From Methanobacteriota archaeon (GTDB lineage: Archaea > Thermoplasmatota > E2 > DHVEG-1), in contig CAVYNH010000007.1 of NCBI GenBank assembly GCA_963769885.1, positions 416,001 through 480,000 on the forward strand: a DNA stretch of 64,000 bases, written 5' to 3'. The stretch's first letter is position 1, and each line of letters begins with the position of its first letter. Positions 10,635-19,637 of this stretch are shown here, piece after piece. The position numbers were made by a program, and so were the translations under genes. The notes below the pieces were generated by a model. That model saw nothing but the letters and a program-made list of their open reading frames with translations, was not told the origin of the DNA and did not search any database.

Positions 10635-13600
10635 ATGCTGTCCCGTGACCGAGAACAACAAATCCGTACCACTATCCACGACATCACCGGGGTCACCCCC
10701 CCGGAACCCCCACAAGAACCAGGCTCACGGGAACCGGATCACCGCTCCTACACGGTGACCCGCATCCTCCTTTTTTCATCCTCCTACGACTACTTCCTCC
10801 TCACCGAAGAAAACAGACTCGACAGCCTCCTCGCCGAAACACCCCCCTACCGCTACTACCACGACCAACCCCCCAAGATCGCCCACGTTGAAACCACCAC
10901 CGACCTCATTGAACACCTCAAAAAACGCCGCTGCGACCTCCTCATCCTCTTCAACCCAGCCAAAGACCTCGACGCCCTCACCCTCACCCAAACCATCCAC
11001 ACCATCTCCAACGAAACCAAGATCATGGTCCTCGCCAACAACACCGCTGACCTCGCCGCCCTCCAACACCGCGACCACGCCCACACCATCGATGGCCTCT
11101 TCACCTGGAACGGCGATGGCAAAATCATCCTCACCATGATCGCCTACCTCGAGGACAAACACAACGCCACCACTCTCACCCCGACCGAGGACTACGACGC
11201 CCTCCTCCTCGTCGAAGACTCCATCCAAGCCTACTCCGAATACCTCACCGAAGCCTACGACGAAATCCGCAGACACCACCACGCCATCACCCCCGACGAC
11301 GCCACGAACGACGAAAACCTCGACACCTGGCGCAAACGACCCCTCGTCCTCCACGCCACCACCCTCGCCGACGCCCAGACCCTCATCACCCGGCACCAAG
11401 CTCACCTCATCGGCGTCATCACCGACAACCACCTCCCCGGCTCCCCCCCACACCACGACGACGGCATCCTCCTCGCCACCCAACTCCGGACCACCGCCCC
11501 CGGCATCCCCATCCTCCTGCAGTCCTCAGACCCCATCAAAACCAAGATCCCACCCAACATCACAACCATCCAAAAACACGACCCACACCTCACCACCACC
11601 CTCCGCCACTTCCTCCAAGACTGCCTCGGCCCCACCAACCTGCCTACTACCAACGACCACAATCCCATCCGCACCATGCGCGAATTCGAAGACGCCGTCG
11701 TCACCCTCCCCCCCGCCGCCCTGCGAAGTATCTCCAAGAATCACCAACTCTCCCGCTGGCTCCGCGCCCGCGGCGACCGCACCCTCGCCGACCGCATCAC
11801 CACCATCGAAAACGAGGACCTCGACGACGACGCCTTCAAACAACGCCTCGTCGACACCATCGAAGAACACCGCTACGCCAGCAACCAAATCCAAATCACC
11901 AAATTCCTGCGAGAAAACCAAGGCCCCGCCAGACAGATCAGCCGTATCGGAGACGGCGCCCTCGGCGGCAAAGCACGCGGCCTCGCCTTCCTCTCCAAAC
12001 TCCTCACCACCTACCTCACCGACGAGATGACCCCGGGCATCCACATCACCCTGCCCCGCAGCATCGTCCTCACCACAGACATCTTCGACGCCTTCATCAC
12101 CCAAAACCACCTCCTCACCCCCGAGCTCTTCACCCTCCCCGACGAACGCATCACCGCCCGCTTCATGGACGCCAGCCTCCCTCCTACCATCCTCGGCGAC
12201 CTCAGAGCTTTCATCCGCGGCAGCCGCAAACCCCTCATCATCCGCAGCAGCGGCATGCTCGAAGACAGCCTCATGCAGCCCTTCGCCGGCATCTACGCCT
12301 CCATCCTCCTCCCCAACGAATCCTGGGAAACCGACTTCCGCTTCCAAGACGTCTGCAACGCCGTTAAATACGTCTACAGCTCAACCTACAGCCAACGCGC
12401 CCGCACCTACATCCGCAACACCCCCAAAAACATCCGCGACGAAAAAATGGCAGTCCTCATCCAAGAAGTCGTCGGCGAACGCCACGGCCCCTACTTCTAC
12501 CCCGCCCTCTCCGGCGTCGCCAAATCCTACAACTACTACCCCACAGGCGGCTGCACCCACGAAGACGGCATCGTCTACCTCGCCGTCGGCCTCGGCAAAG
12601 CCATCGTCGACGGCGGCAGCAGCTTCTGCTTCTGCCCCCAACACCCCCGCGTCCCCCTCTTCGGCACCCCCAAAGACTTCATCAAATACAGCCAGACCCA
12701 CTTCTACGCCCTCACCCTCCAATCCATCTACCGCATCGTCGAAAAAAACGAAGACACCACCCTCAAAAGCCTCGACATCACCATCGCCCGCGACGAAGGC
12801 CTCCTCAACCAGTTCGCCTCCACCTACCTCCCCCGCGACGACACCCTCTACCCCGGCCTCTCCCCCGACGGCATCATGGTCCTCGACTTCGGCCCCATCC
12901 TCTCCTACGACGCTCTCCCCCTCGCCAACGCCCTCCGACTCCTCCTGCGCATCAGCGAACTCGCCCTCGGCTACCCCGTCGAAATCGAATTCGCCCTCAA
13001 CCTCCCCACCACCTCAGACGCCCCTGCGGAGCTCGTCATCCTCCAAGTCCGCAACATGCGGCCCAAAGGAAAACAAACAGAAGTCAACCTCCACGACTAT
13101 GATCAAAACCTCGACCTCTGCTTCAGCGCCAACGCCCTCGGCAACGGCATCATCGACGGCCTCACCGACATCGTCTATATCACCCCCGAAGGTTTCGACC
13201 TCGCCAACTCCCAGCGCGCCGTCGGCCAGCTCCGCACCATTAACGCCAAACTCATGGATCAGGCACGGCCCTACATTCTCATCGGCCCAGGCCGCTGGGG
13301 CTCCGCAGACCCTTGGCTCGGCATCCCTGTCCAATGGAGCGACATCGCTGGCGCCCGAGTTATCCTCGAGACCCCCGTCAAAGCCAGGATCATCGAGCCA
13401 TCCCAAGGCTCCCACTTCTTCCACGACATGATGGCAGGCCAGGTCGGCTACCTCATGACCAAAGACGGCCCCGCCAACATCCGCTACAACTGGCTCGACT
13501 CCCTCCCAGTCCTAGAGACCACCCAGGACGTCAGGTACGTCCGGTCACCGGAGCCGCTCATGGTCCTCATCGACGGCAAGACTGGGAAGGCAGCCCTGCG

Positions 13601-13670
13601 CAAACAGACAACCCTTAAAAACCCGCAACACCATGCAGACCCACAGGAGCCAACTGAGGGGACCATCTAG
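10635..13670 (+). CDS. Receiver-domain-containing PEP synthase/PPDK-type ATP-grasp protein, no pyruvate-binding barrel; function unknown
   Basis: N-terminal receiver-like segments (LLLVEDS...GVITD...PILLQSS); PPDK_N motifs (GGKARGL, IIRSSGMLED, FAGIY, KMAVLIQEVVG, EIEFA, ILQVR); C-terminal GPGRWGS and SQGSHFF. Start moved to ATG 10635. Confidence 0.85.
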   Translation: MLSRDREQQIRTTIHDITGVTPPEPPQEPGSREPDHRSYTVTRILLFSSSYDYFLLTEENRLDSLLAETPPYRYYHDQPPKIAHVETTTDLIEHLKKRRCDLLILFNPAKDLDALTLTQTIHTISNETKIMVLANNTADLAALQHRDHAHTIDGLFTWNGDGKIILTMIAYLEDKHNATTLTPTEDYDALLLVEDSIQAYSEYLTEAYDEIRRHHHAITPDDATNDENLDTWRKRPLVLHATTLADAQTLITRHQAHLIGVITDNHLPGSPPHHDDGILLATQLRTTAPGIPILLQSSDPIKTKIPPNITTIQKHDPHLTTTLRHFLQDCLGPTNLPTTNDHNPIRTMREFEDAVVTLPPAALRSISKNHQLSRWLRARGDRTLADRITTIENEDLDDDAFKQRLVDTIEEHRYASNQIQITKFLRENQGPARQISRIGDGALGGKARGLAFLSKLLTTYLTDEMTPGIHITLPRSIVLTTDIFDAFITQNHLLTPELFTLPDERITARFMDASLPPTILGDLRAFIRGSRKPLIIRSSGMLEDSLMQPFAGIYASILLPNESWETDFRFQDVCNAVKYVYSSTYSQRARTYIRNTPKNIRDEKMAVLIQEVVGERHGPYFYPALSGVAKSYNYYPTGGCTHEDGIVYLAVGLGKAIVDGGSSFCFCPQHPRVPLFGTPKDFIKYSQTHFYALTLQSIYRIVEKNEDTTLKSLDITIARDEGLLNQFASTYLPRDDTLYPGLSPDGIMVLDFGPILSYDALPLANALRLLLRISELALGYPVEIEFALNLPTTSDAPAELVILQVRNMRPKGKQTEVNLHDYDQNLDLCFSANALGNGIIDGLTDIVYITPEGFDLANSQRAVGQLRTINAKLMDQARPYILIGPGRWGSADPWLGIPVQWSDIAGARVILETPVKARIIEPSQGSHFFHDMMAGQVGYLMTKDGPANIRYNWLDSLPVLETTQDVRYVRSPEPLMVLIDGKTGKAALRKQTTLKNPQHHADPQEPTEGTI

Positions 13671-13676
13671 GAGGCC

Positions 13677-16600
13677 ATGGCTATCGCAGAAAAAACCGAG
13701 TTCCAAAAAGCGACCCAACACGAACCCAGCATGTCCTCGTACCACACCATCAACGAGCTGAAAGAACGCGTCAAAGAACTCAACTGCCTTTACGGCCTCA
13801 CCAAGATCGTCAAGAACACTAAATACACCGTGGACGAGGCCATCCAGAACATCATCGCCCTCATCCCGCCCGCCTGGCAGTACCCAGATATCACTTGCGC
13901 CCGCATCTCCTTCGAAGGCGGCAAAGAATACGTCACCAAGAACTTCCGAGAATCCAAATGGAGCCAAATCAGCAACATCATCGCCGACGAGAAAAAAATC
14001 GGCGTCCTCGAAGTCTACTACACCGAGGAACGCCCCATGCAACATGAAGGCCCCTTCCTCAAAGAAGAACGCCGCCTTATCGACGCCATCGCCACCCTCA
14101 TCGGCCAATTCTTCGAAGAACGCCGCGTCAAAGAAGAACTCAGGAAAAAGAAGATCGCCCCCTACGTCAAACCCGTCTCCACCAAAAAAGCGGGCGAGAC
14201 CCCCACCCAGAAGAAACAAGACTGGGAAGTCATCATCGACCTCCTCATCAAGACCGACCCCCGGACCCTCCTGCGGATCACCCGCAAGATGACCTACTAC
14301 CTCTACCGCCACAACAACGAGAAGATCACGGACCTGCAGAACCAGATCACCCCTATCGACAGCACATCCACGGCCCGCGGCATCAACATGCCCAACCCCC
14401 GCACCGACCTGCAAAGCCTCGTCACCTTCCAAAAACACGTCTTTGACATCGCCAAGGAAAGCATCCCCTCCCAGGTCATCTCCGAACTCTTCCAGGACTG
14501 GCTGCGCTCAGACAAGGCTCGACCGCTCCTCCTCACCTCCCAGAAGACCGGTGTCCCCCTCAGCGAGATCCGCGAAGAACTCACCCGCTTCATGGAAAAA
14601 ACCGACATTGAAACCTCCCTCTCCGAAGAAGACACCATCGGCATCAAGACCGCGATGATCCGACGGTTCGTCACCGACCGACTCGAATACGTCAACGTCG
14701 CCAAGTCCTACTTCGAACTCGAAGACTTCGTCCAACTCCTCTCCTGCATCATCGGCCCCGCCCAAGGCGCCGGCAAACTCGGCGGCAAAACCGGGGGCGT
14801 CATCCTCGCAGAAAAAATCCTGCGCACCGAAATGAAAAACGACGCCCTCCTCAAAGACATCGACTTCCCCCGCAGCTGGTACATCACTTCAGACACCGTC
14901 GCTGCCTTCGTCCATCACAACGACCTCGACGACGTCTTCCACATCAAATACCTCGACCCCGGCGAGATCCGCCAAGAACAACCCTTCCTCGAACAAATCT
15001 TCAAAAACGCCTTCTTCCCTTACGAAATCGTCGAAGGACTCCGCGGCATCATCACCGCGGTCAAAGACAAGCCCATCATCGTCCGATCCTCAAGCCTCCT
15101 CGAAGACAGCTACGGCGCCGCCTTCTCCGGGAAATACAAAAGCCTCTTCGTCCCCAACCTCGGCTCCGAAGAAGAACGCCTCAAAGCCCTCATGGACGCC
15201 ATCGCCGAAGTCTACGCCTCTACCTTCGGCCCTGACCCCATCGAATACCGCCGCGAACGCGGCCTCCTCGACTTCAACGAAGAAATGGGCATCCTCGTCC
15301 AAGAGGTCGTCGGCACCCGCATCGGACCCTACTACATGCCCTCTTACGCCGGCGTCGCCTTCAGCCGCAACGAATTCCGCTGGTCGCCCCGCATCCGCCG
15401 CGAAGACGGCATGATCCGCCTCGTCCCAGGCCTCGGCACCCGCGCCGTCGATCGCGTCGGCAATGACTACCCCATCCTCATCTCGCCGTTCCGCCCAGAG
15501 CTCCAAGTCAACACCCTCATCGAAGAACGCATCAAATACTCACCACGCTACATGGACGTCATCAACATGCAGACGGGGCTCATCGAAACCGTCGAAATCG
15601 AAGACCTCCTCAGGAACTACGGCGACCAAATCCCCCTCTTCGACAACATCGTCTCCGTCCACGAACAAGGACGTCTCATCGCCCCCAACGTCATATGCGA
15701 CCTCGCCACAGCAGACCTCGTCGTCACCTTCCAAAATCTTTTCGATAAGAGCGACTTCCTCCCGAAAATGAAACGGATCCTCTCCATCCTTGAAGAGAAG
15801 ATTGGCTCACCGGTCGACATCGAATTCGCCTGCGACGGCCACAGGTTCTACTTCCTCCAATGCCGACCTCAAAGTCAATCCCGCGGCATGGAACGCGTCC
15901 CCGTCCCCAAGGACATCCCCCGAGAACAGAAGCTCTTCACCGCCCGCCGCTTCATCACCACCGGCCAGATTGAAAACATCGAGTACATCGTGTACGTCAA
16001 CCCTGAAGCGTACGGTGCCCTTGAAAGCCGAGAAAAAATGCTGCGAATCGCCCGTATCGTCGGCGACTTAAACAACAAGCTGCCGCGGCGGAAATTCATT
16101 CTCATGGGCCCAGGCCGCTGGGGCAGCCGTGGAGACATTAAGCTTGGTGTCCCCGTCCGCTATGCGGACATTAACAACACCTCGCTCCTGGTTGAGATCG
16201 CAAAGGAAAAAGGCGATTATACTCCCGAGCTTTCGTTCGGCACCCACTTCTTCCAGGACCTCGTCGAAGCCAACATCCGCTACCTCCCGTTATACCCCGA
16301 TCAGCCGGATATCATCTTCAACGAAGACATCCTCATGGCTGCCGAGAATCACATGGCTGAGATTATCAATAGCGGCGCTCAGAATGAGACGACGATTCGT
16401 CTGATCAAGGTCTCTGATATTGTCCCTGGTGGCTCGCTGCGCGTCATTATGGACGGTGATGCGGGTGAAGCCCTCGGGTATTTCAAACCCCCTGACCATT
16501 GGGACTGGCGGGTCCAGAAAGTGAAGCAGATTGCAAAATCCCTTGACCCGGAGCTGTACGGCATCCATGCAATGTACGTCATTGGCAGTACCAAGGACGG

Positions 16601-16868
16601 CGGCGCGGGGCCGGCAAGCGACATTGATTTGCTTGTGCATTTCCGAGGCACTGAGGAGCAGAAGGAAAAACTCCTGGAGTGGTTCGCTTCCTGGGGCAAG
16701 AAGTTTGACGATGAAAACAAGGAGCGTACCGGAATCAGGACCGGGGGGCTGCTTGATGTCCATATCATCACCGACGAGGATATTAAGAACAAGACGTCCT
16801 GGGCAACGCATCTGACGTCCCCATACTTGACTGCGTTGAAAGTGCCGTTGGAGAAAGAGCAACTCTAG
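13677..16868 (+). CDS. GAF-like sensor + PPDK-type ATP-grasp + His-motif domain + C-terminal nucleotidyltransferase protein; function unknown
   Basis: N-terminal ERVKELNCLY...PPAWQYP...EGPFLKEER sensor segment; GKLGGK, IVRSSSLLED, FSGKY, MGILVQEVVG, DIEFA, FLQCRP; GPGRWGS, SFGTHFF; C-terminal IGSTKDGGAGPASDIDLLV (GS...DxD). Confidence 0.85.
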   Translation: MAIAEKTEFQKATQHEPSMSSYHTINELKERVKELNCLYGLTKIVKNTKYTVDEAIQNIIALIPPAWQYPDITCARISFEGGKEYVTKNFRESKWSQISNIIADEKKIGVLEVYYTEERPMQHEGPFLKEERRLIDAIATLIGQFFEERRVKEELRKKKIAPYVKPVSTKKAGETPTQKKQDWEVIIDLLIKTDPRTLLRITRKMTYYLYRHNNEKITDLQNQITPIDSTSTARGINMPNPRTDLQSLVTFQKHVFDIAKESIPSQVISELFQDWLRSDKARPLLLTSQKTGVPLSEIREELTRFMEKTDIETSLSEEDTIGIKTAMIRRFVTDRLEYVNVAKSYFELEDFVQLLSCIIGPAQGAGKLGGKTGGVILAEKILRTEMKNDALLKDIDFPRSWYITSDTVAAFVHHNDLDDVFHIKYLDPGEIRQEQPFLEQIFKNAFFPYEIVEGLRGIITAVKDKPIIVRSSSLLEDSYGAAFSGKYKSLFVPNLGSEEERLKALMDAIAEVYASTFGPDPIEYRRERGLLDFNEEMGILVQEVVGTRIGPYYMPSYAGVAFSRNEFRWSPRIRREDGMIRLVPGLGTRAVDRVGNDYPILISPFRPELQVNTLIEERIKYSPRYMDVINMQTGLIETVEIEDLLRNYGDQIPLFDNIVSVHEQGRLIAPNVICDLATADLVVTFQNLFDKSDFLPKMKRILSILEEKIGSPVDIEFACDGHRFYFLQCRPQSQSRGMERVPVPKDIPREQKLFTARRFITTGQIENIEYIVYVNPEAYGALESREKMLRIARIVGDLNNKLPRRKFILMGPGRWGSRGDIKLGVPVRYADINNTSLLVEIAKEKGDYTPELSFGTHFFQDLVEANIRYLPLYPDQPDIIFNEDILMAAENHMAEIINSGAQNETTIRLIKVSDIVPGGSLRVIMDGDAGEALGYFKPPDHWDWRVQKVKQIAKSLDPELYGIHAMYVIGSTKDGGAGPASDIDLLVHFRGTEEQKEKLLEWFASWGKKFDDENKERTGIRTGGLLDVHIITDEDIKNKTSWATHLTSPYLTALKVPLEKEQL

Positions 16869-17698
16869 CCGATCAGCTGACGAGACGCCTGAGTGAGGCA
16901 CGCTGGGTCGAAGGTGATGAGAGACAGCTTCGGTTTGTCGGTTGATCCGTTGAAGCAGACGGTGTTCCCTATCCTGATTCTCCAGTGTTTGGTGAGTCGA
17001 GTCGCCTCATGCACATGGCCATGCATCGTGAGGAGCGGCTGATGGCGTTCGATGAACCGCCTGACTGCGATGCTGCCGACGTGGACATCCAGGGGCGCGA
17101 AATCAACTTTCTTTCCATCTAAGGCGGCCCGGTCAAGCGCCGTCTGGTAGGGCGGTGAATGGAAGAGAACTATGGTTTTTTTCATGGGAAGGTTTTCCGC
17201 GAGTTTTTCGAGATCCTCTGTGATGTACCCATGGAGGATGTGGTCCACAGAAAAGGGGACGGTATGTGTGCCTTCGATGGGGGGGATGGTTCCGACGTCG
17301 TCGTGGGAGGATACGTCGTAGCGTTCCCAGTCTTTCAGGAGGAAGGGAGTCGGTGGCACATAGGCGTACCCGGCGACTGTGTAGGGGGGGAGTTGCGTGG
17401 ACCGTTCATGGAGGTAGGTGAGGATGCCGTCGTGGTCTGCTGCTTGAAAGGCGGCTTCATGAATTCGGGGGTTGTCGTTTCCAAGGATGAGGAAGAATCG
17501 GGTGCGTTTTGCGTGGGCGCGGATGGGTGTGAGCAGGTAGGTGGTGATGAAGTCGTGAATCGGGAGTTGGCTGTGGTGGGTGGGAAGGAGGTCGCCTCCG
17601 ATGAAGACGGCGTCGGGGTGGTCGGTCTCAATGGCGTGGAAGAGGGCCGCGTATCGGGTGATGCTGCCGTGAAGATCTGAGGTGAAGAAGCAGTGCAC
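16865..17698 (-). CDS. Calcineurin-like metallophosphoesterase (Icc-related)
   Basis: SDLHG, GGDL, GNDN, FHSPP, HGHVHE motifs. Likely GTG start at 17698 with a GAGGT RBS; the ORF-track extension to 18283 is spurious. Confidence 0.88.
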   Translation of the reverse strand: MHCFFTSDLHGSITRYAALFHAIETDHPDAVFIGGDLLPTHHSQLPIHDFITTYLLTPIRAHAKRTRFFLILGNDNPRIHEAAFQAADHDGILTYLHERSTQLPPYTVAGYAYVPPTPFLLKDWERYDVSSHDDVGTIPPIEGTHTVPFSVDHILHGYITEDLEKLAENLPMKKTIVLFHSPPYQTALDRAALDGKKVDFAPLDVHVGSIAVRRFIERHQPLLTMHGHVHEATRLTKHWRIRIGNTVCFNGSTDKPKLSLITFDPACLTQASRQLIG

Positions 17699-18031
17699 AG
17701 CGGAAACCTCTGGGGATAGTGGTATCAACCCTGGGCTGTTAATAAAGATTTGGCAGAGGTGAGGCTGCGTTTTTTTGTGTGTACTGGTTCTTGATAGGGT
17801 GTGGGATGGATTTGCATATTTTTTTATTGCGAGATGGGGGTTAGTTCTACTAGTTGAGGCTCGTTTTTGCTTTTGTGGTTGGGGAATGAGATTTATAAAG
17901 CACGAGGCGTTATCACGCTTGTGGGGGCTTAGCGCGTGGAAACCCGGATACAGCGTGCCGAACACGTACCGAGGAGGATAGTGAGGTTCGTTGCCGGGAT
18001 GGACAGAGTCGCCTTTGCTTCCTAGGAAGGG

Positions 18032-18598
18032 ATTGTTCTGCTCTACTTCCTTCATGGCTACAACTCTTCCCCGAGCGGGGAGAAAGCGCTTCTTTTTCAA
18101 AAAACCTTGCAGGCTATCCCGCTTGCCTACCGGAATGGTCCGCCGGAGGATCTTAATGTGGGTGATGCGCTTCGGCGTGTGGCGGATGCCATTCGTGACG
18201 ATAAGAAGGTCGGCTTGATTGGGTTGTCGCTTGGTGGGTACCTCGCGGCGACGACGGCGCTGGATAACGTGCGGGTGACGCACGTCGCGTTGCTTAACCC
18301 GTCGATCATCCCCCCGGGGACAGATTTGTCTGGGGAGACGACGATGCCGCAGCGTATCTTGCGTGCGATGATTAACCCGAACCTGTTTTCAAGGGTTCTG
18401 CCTGCGCGGCTCATCATCTTGCGGGGGACGCAGGATACGGTGGTGCCTGATGCGTGGGTGCAGCCGTTTGCGCGGGCGCAGCATGCGAAGATTTTTTGTT
18501 TCAATGATGATCATCGGTTCACGCATTCCATGCATAAGTTCCCGGAGATCCTTGCGCATTTTTTTGCGGAAACGCCTCGGGTGACTGACCAGCAGTAA
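18032..18598 (+). CDS. YqiA-like alpha/beta hydrolase (esterase), probably with a non-canonical start (ATT 18032 or CTG 18038)
   Basis: In-frame LYFLHGYNSSP oxyanion motif lies upstream of the first TTG; GLSLGG nucleophile elbow; D(TVVP) and DH(RF) catalytic residues. Confidence 0.8.
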   Translation: MVLLYFLHGYNSSPSGEKALLFQKTLQAIPLAYRNGPPEDLNVGDALRRVADAIRDDKKVGLIGLSLGGYLAATTALDNVRVTHVALLNPSIIPPGTDLSGETTMPQRILRAMINPNLFSRVLPARLIILRGTQDTVVPDAWVQPFARAQHAKIFCFNDDHRFTHSMHKFPEILAHFFAETPRVTDQQ

Positions 18599-18806
18599 TC
18601 AGCGGCGGGTGTTGGAGTCGCGAGAGTTTTTTTAAGATTACCACACCGAATCTTCGTATTGATTCTTCTCTACTCGTATTTTATGGTTGAGAGCAACGAA
18701 TACGTTTCCTTAAAGAAAAATAGTTTCCTTAGAGATGATTCGCCCAAAAGCTTTAAAGAGGGCAAAAATTACCCTTGTTCAGCATCCTCACGGGGCAGGA
18801 ATGGTC

Positions 18807-19637
18807 ATGTTTGAGATTCTTGAGAAGAAGATCCTCTCGCCGAATGAGAAGTTGATGAAGATCCGGGCGCCGCTCATCGCCCGGAAGGCGCAGGCCGGCC
18901 AGTTCGTCATTCTCCGCATCAACGAGCAGGGAGAACGGATCCCGCTGACCATCGCAGACTACGATAGAGACGACGGCACCATCACCATCATCTTCCTCGA
19001 AGTCGGCAAATCCACGAAACAGCTAGGAAGGCTTGAAGTGGGAGACTCGCTCTTGAACCTCGCCGGGCCCCTCGGCATGCCCTCCGACATCAAAAACTAC
19101 GGCACCGTCGTCCTCATCGGCGGCGGCGTCGGCATCGCCCCCCTCTATCCCATCGTCCGCGCGATGAAAGCCGCCGGCAACCACGTCATCTCCATCCTCG
19201 GCGCACGATCAAAGGACCTCATCATCCTCGAAGAAGAGATCTCCGAATATAGCGACGAGTTCTACATCACCACCGACGATGGATCCAAAGGGTCAAAAGG
19301 CTTCGTCAGCGACCTCCTCGACAAAATCATCCAACAGAAGGAAAAGAAGATCGATCTGGTCATGGCCATCGGCCCCGTCATCATGATGAAGGTCGTCTCC
19401 GACCTCACCAAGAAATACAACATCCGGACCCTGGTCAGTCTGAACCCGATCATGGTAGACGGCACTGGGATGTGCGGCGGCTGCCGCGTCTCGGTCGGCG
19501 GCAAGACGAAGTTCGCCTGTGTCGACGGCCCCGAATTCGACGGCCACCTCGTCGACTACCAGAACCTCATGCTTAGAAACCAACGATTCATCGGTCATGA
19601 GAAAGACGCCTGCAAGCTCCTGGAGGAGACGAAATGA
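18807..19637 (+). CDS. nfnA: Electron-bifurcating transhydrogenase small subunit NfnA / sulfide dehydrogenase SudB
   Basis: AGQFVILR, GERIPLTI, GPLG, GGGVGIAP, IGPVIMM, MVDGTGMCGGCRV...CVDGPEFDG. Confidence 0.92.
   Translation: MFEILEKKILSPNEKLMKIRAPLIARKAQAGQFVILRINEQGERIPLTIADYDRDDGTITIIFLEVGKSTKQLGRLEVGDSLLNLAGPLGMPSDIKNYGTVVLIGGGVGIAPLYPIVRAMKAAGNHVISILGARSKDLIILEEEISEYSDEFYITTDDGSKGSKGFVSDLLDKIIQQKEKKIDLVMAIGPVIMMKVVSDLTKKYNIRTLVSLNPIMVDGTGMCGGCRVSVGGKTKFACVDGPEFDGHLVDYQNLMLRNQRFIGHEKDACKLLEETK

Noticed and set aside
10635-16868. Annotation as true PEP synthase / pyruvate phosphate dikinase
   Set aside because: No C-terminal PEP/pyruvate-binding TIM barrel and no canonical TSHAA motif.
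17921-18016. tRNA or 5S rRNA (contains CCGAACAC and GGTTCG)
   Set aside because: No cloverleaf with a valid T-stem or anticodon arm, and the 5S helix pattern and length do not fit.
17699-18283. 195-codon N-terminal extension of the metallophosphoesterase ORF
   Set aside because: Runs across the promoter and the opposite-strand esterase. The domain starts at GTG 17698, which has its own RBS.
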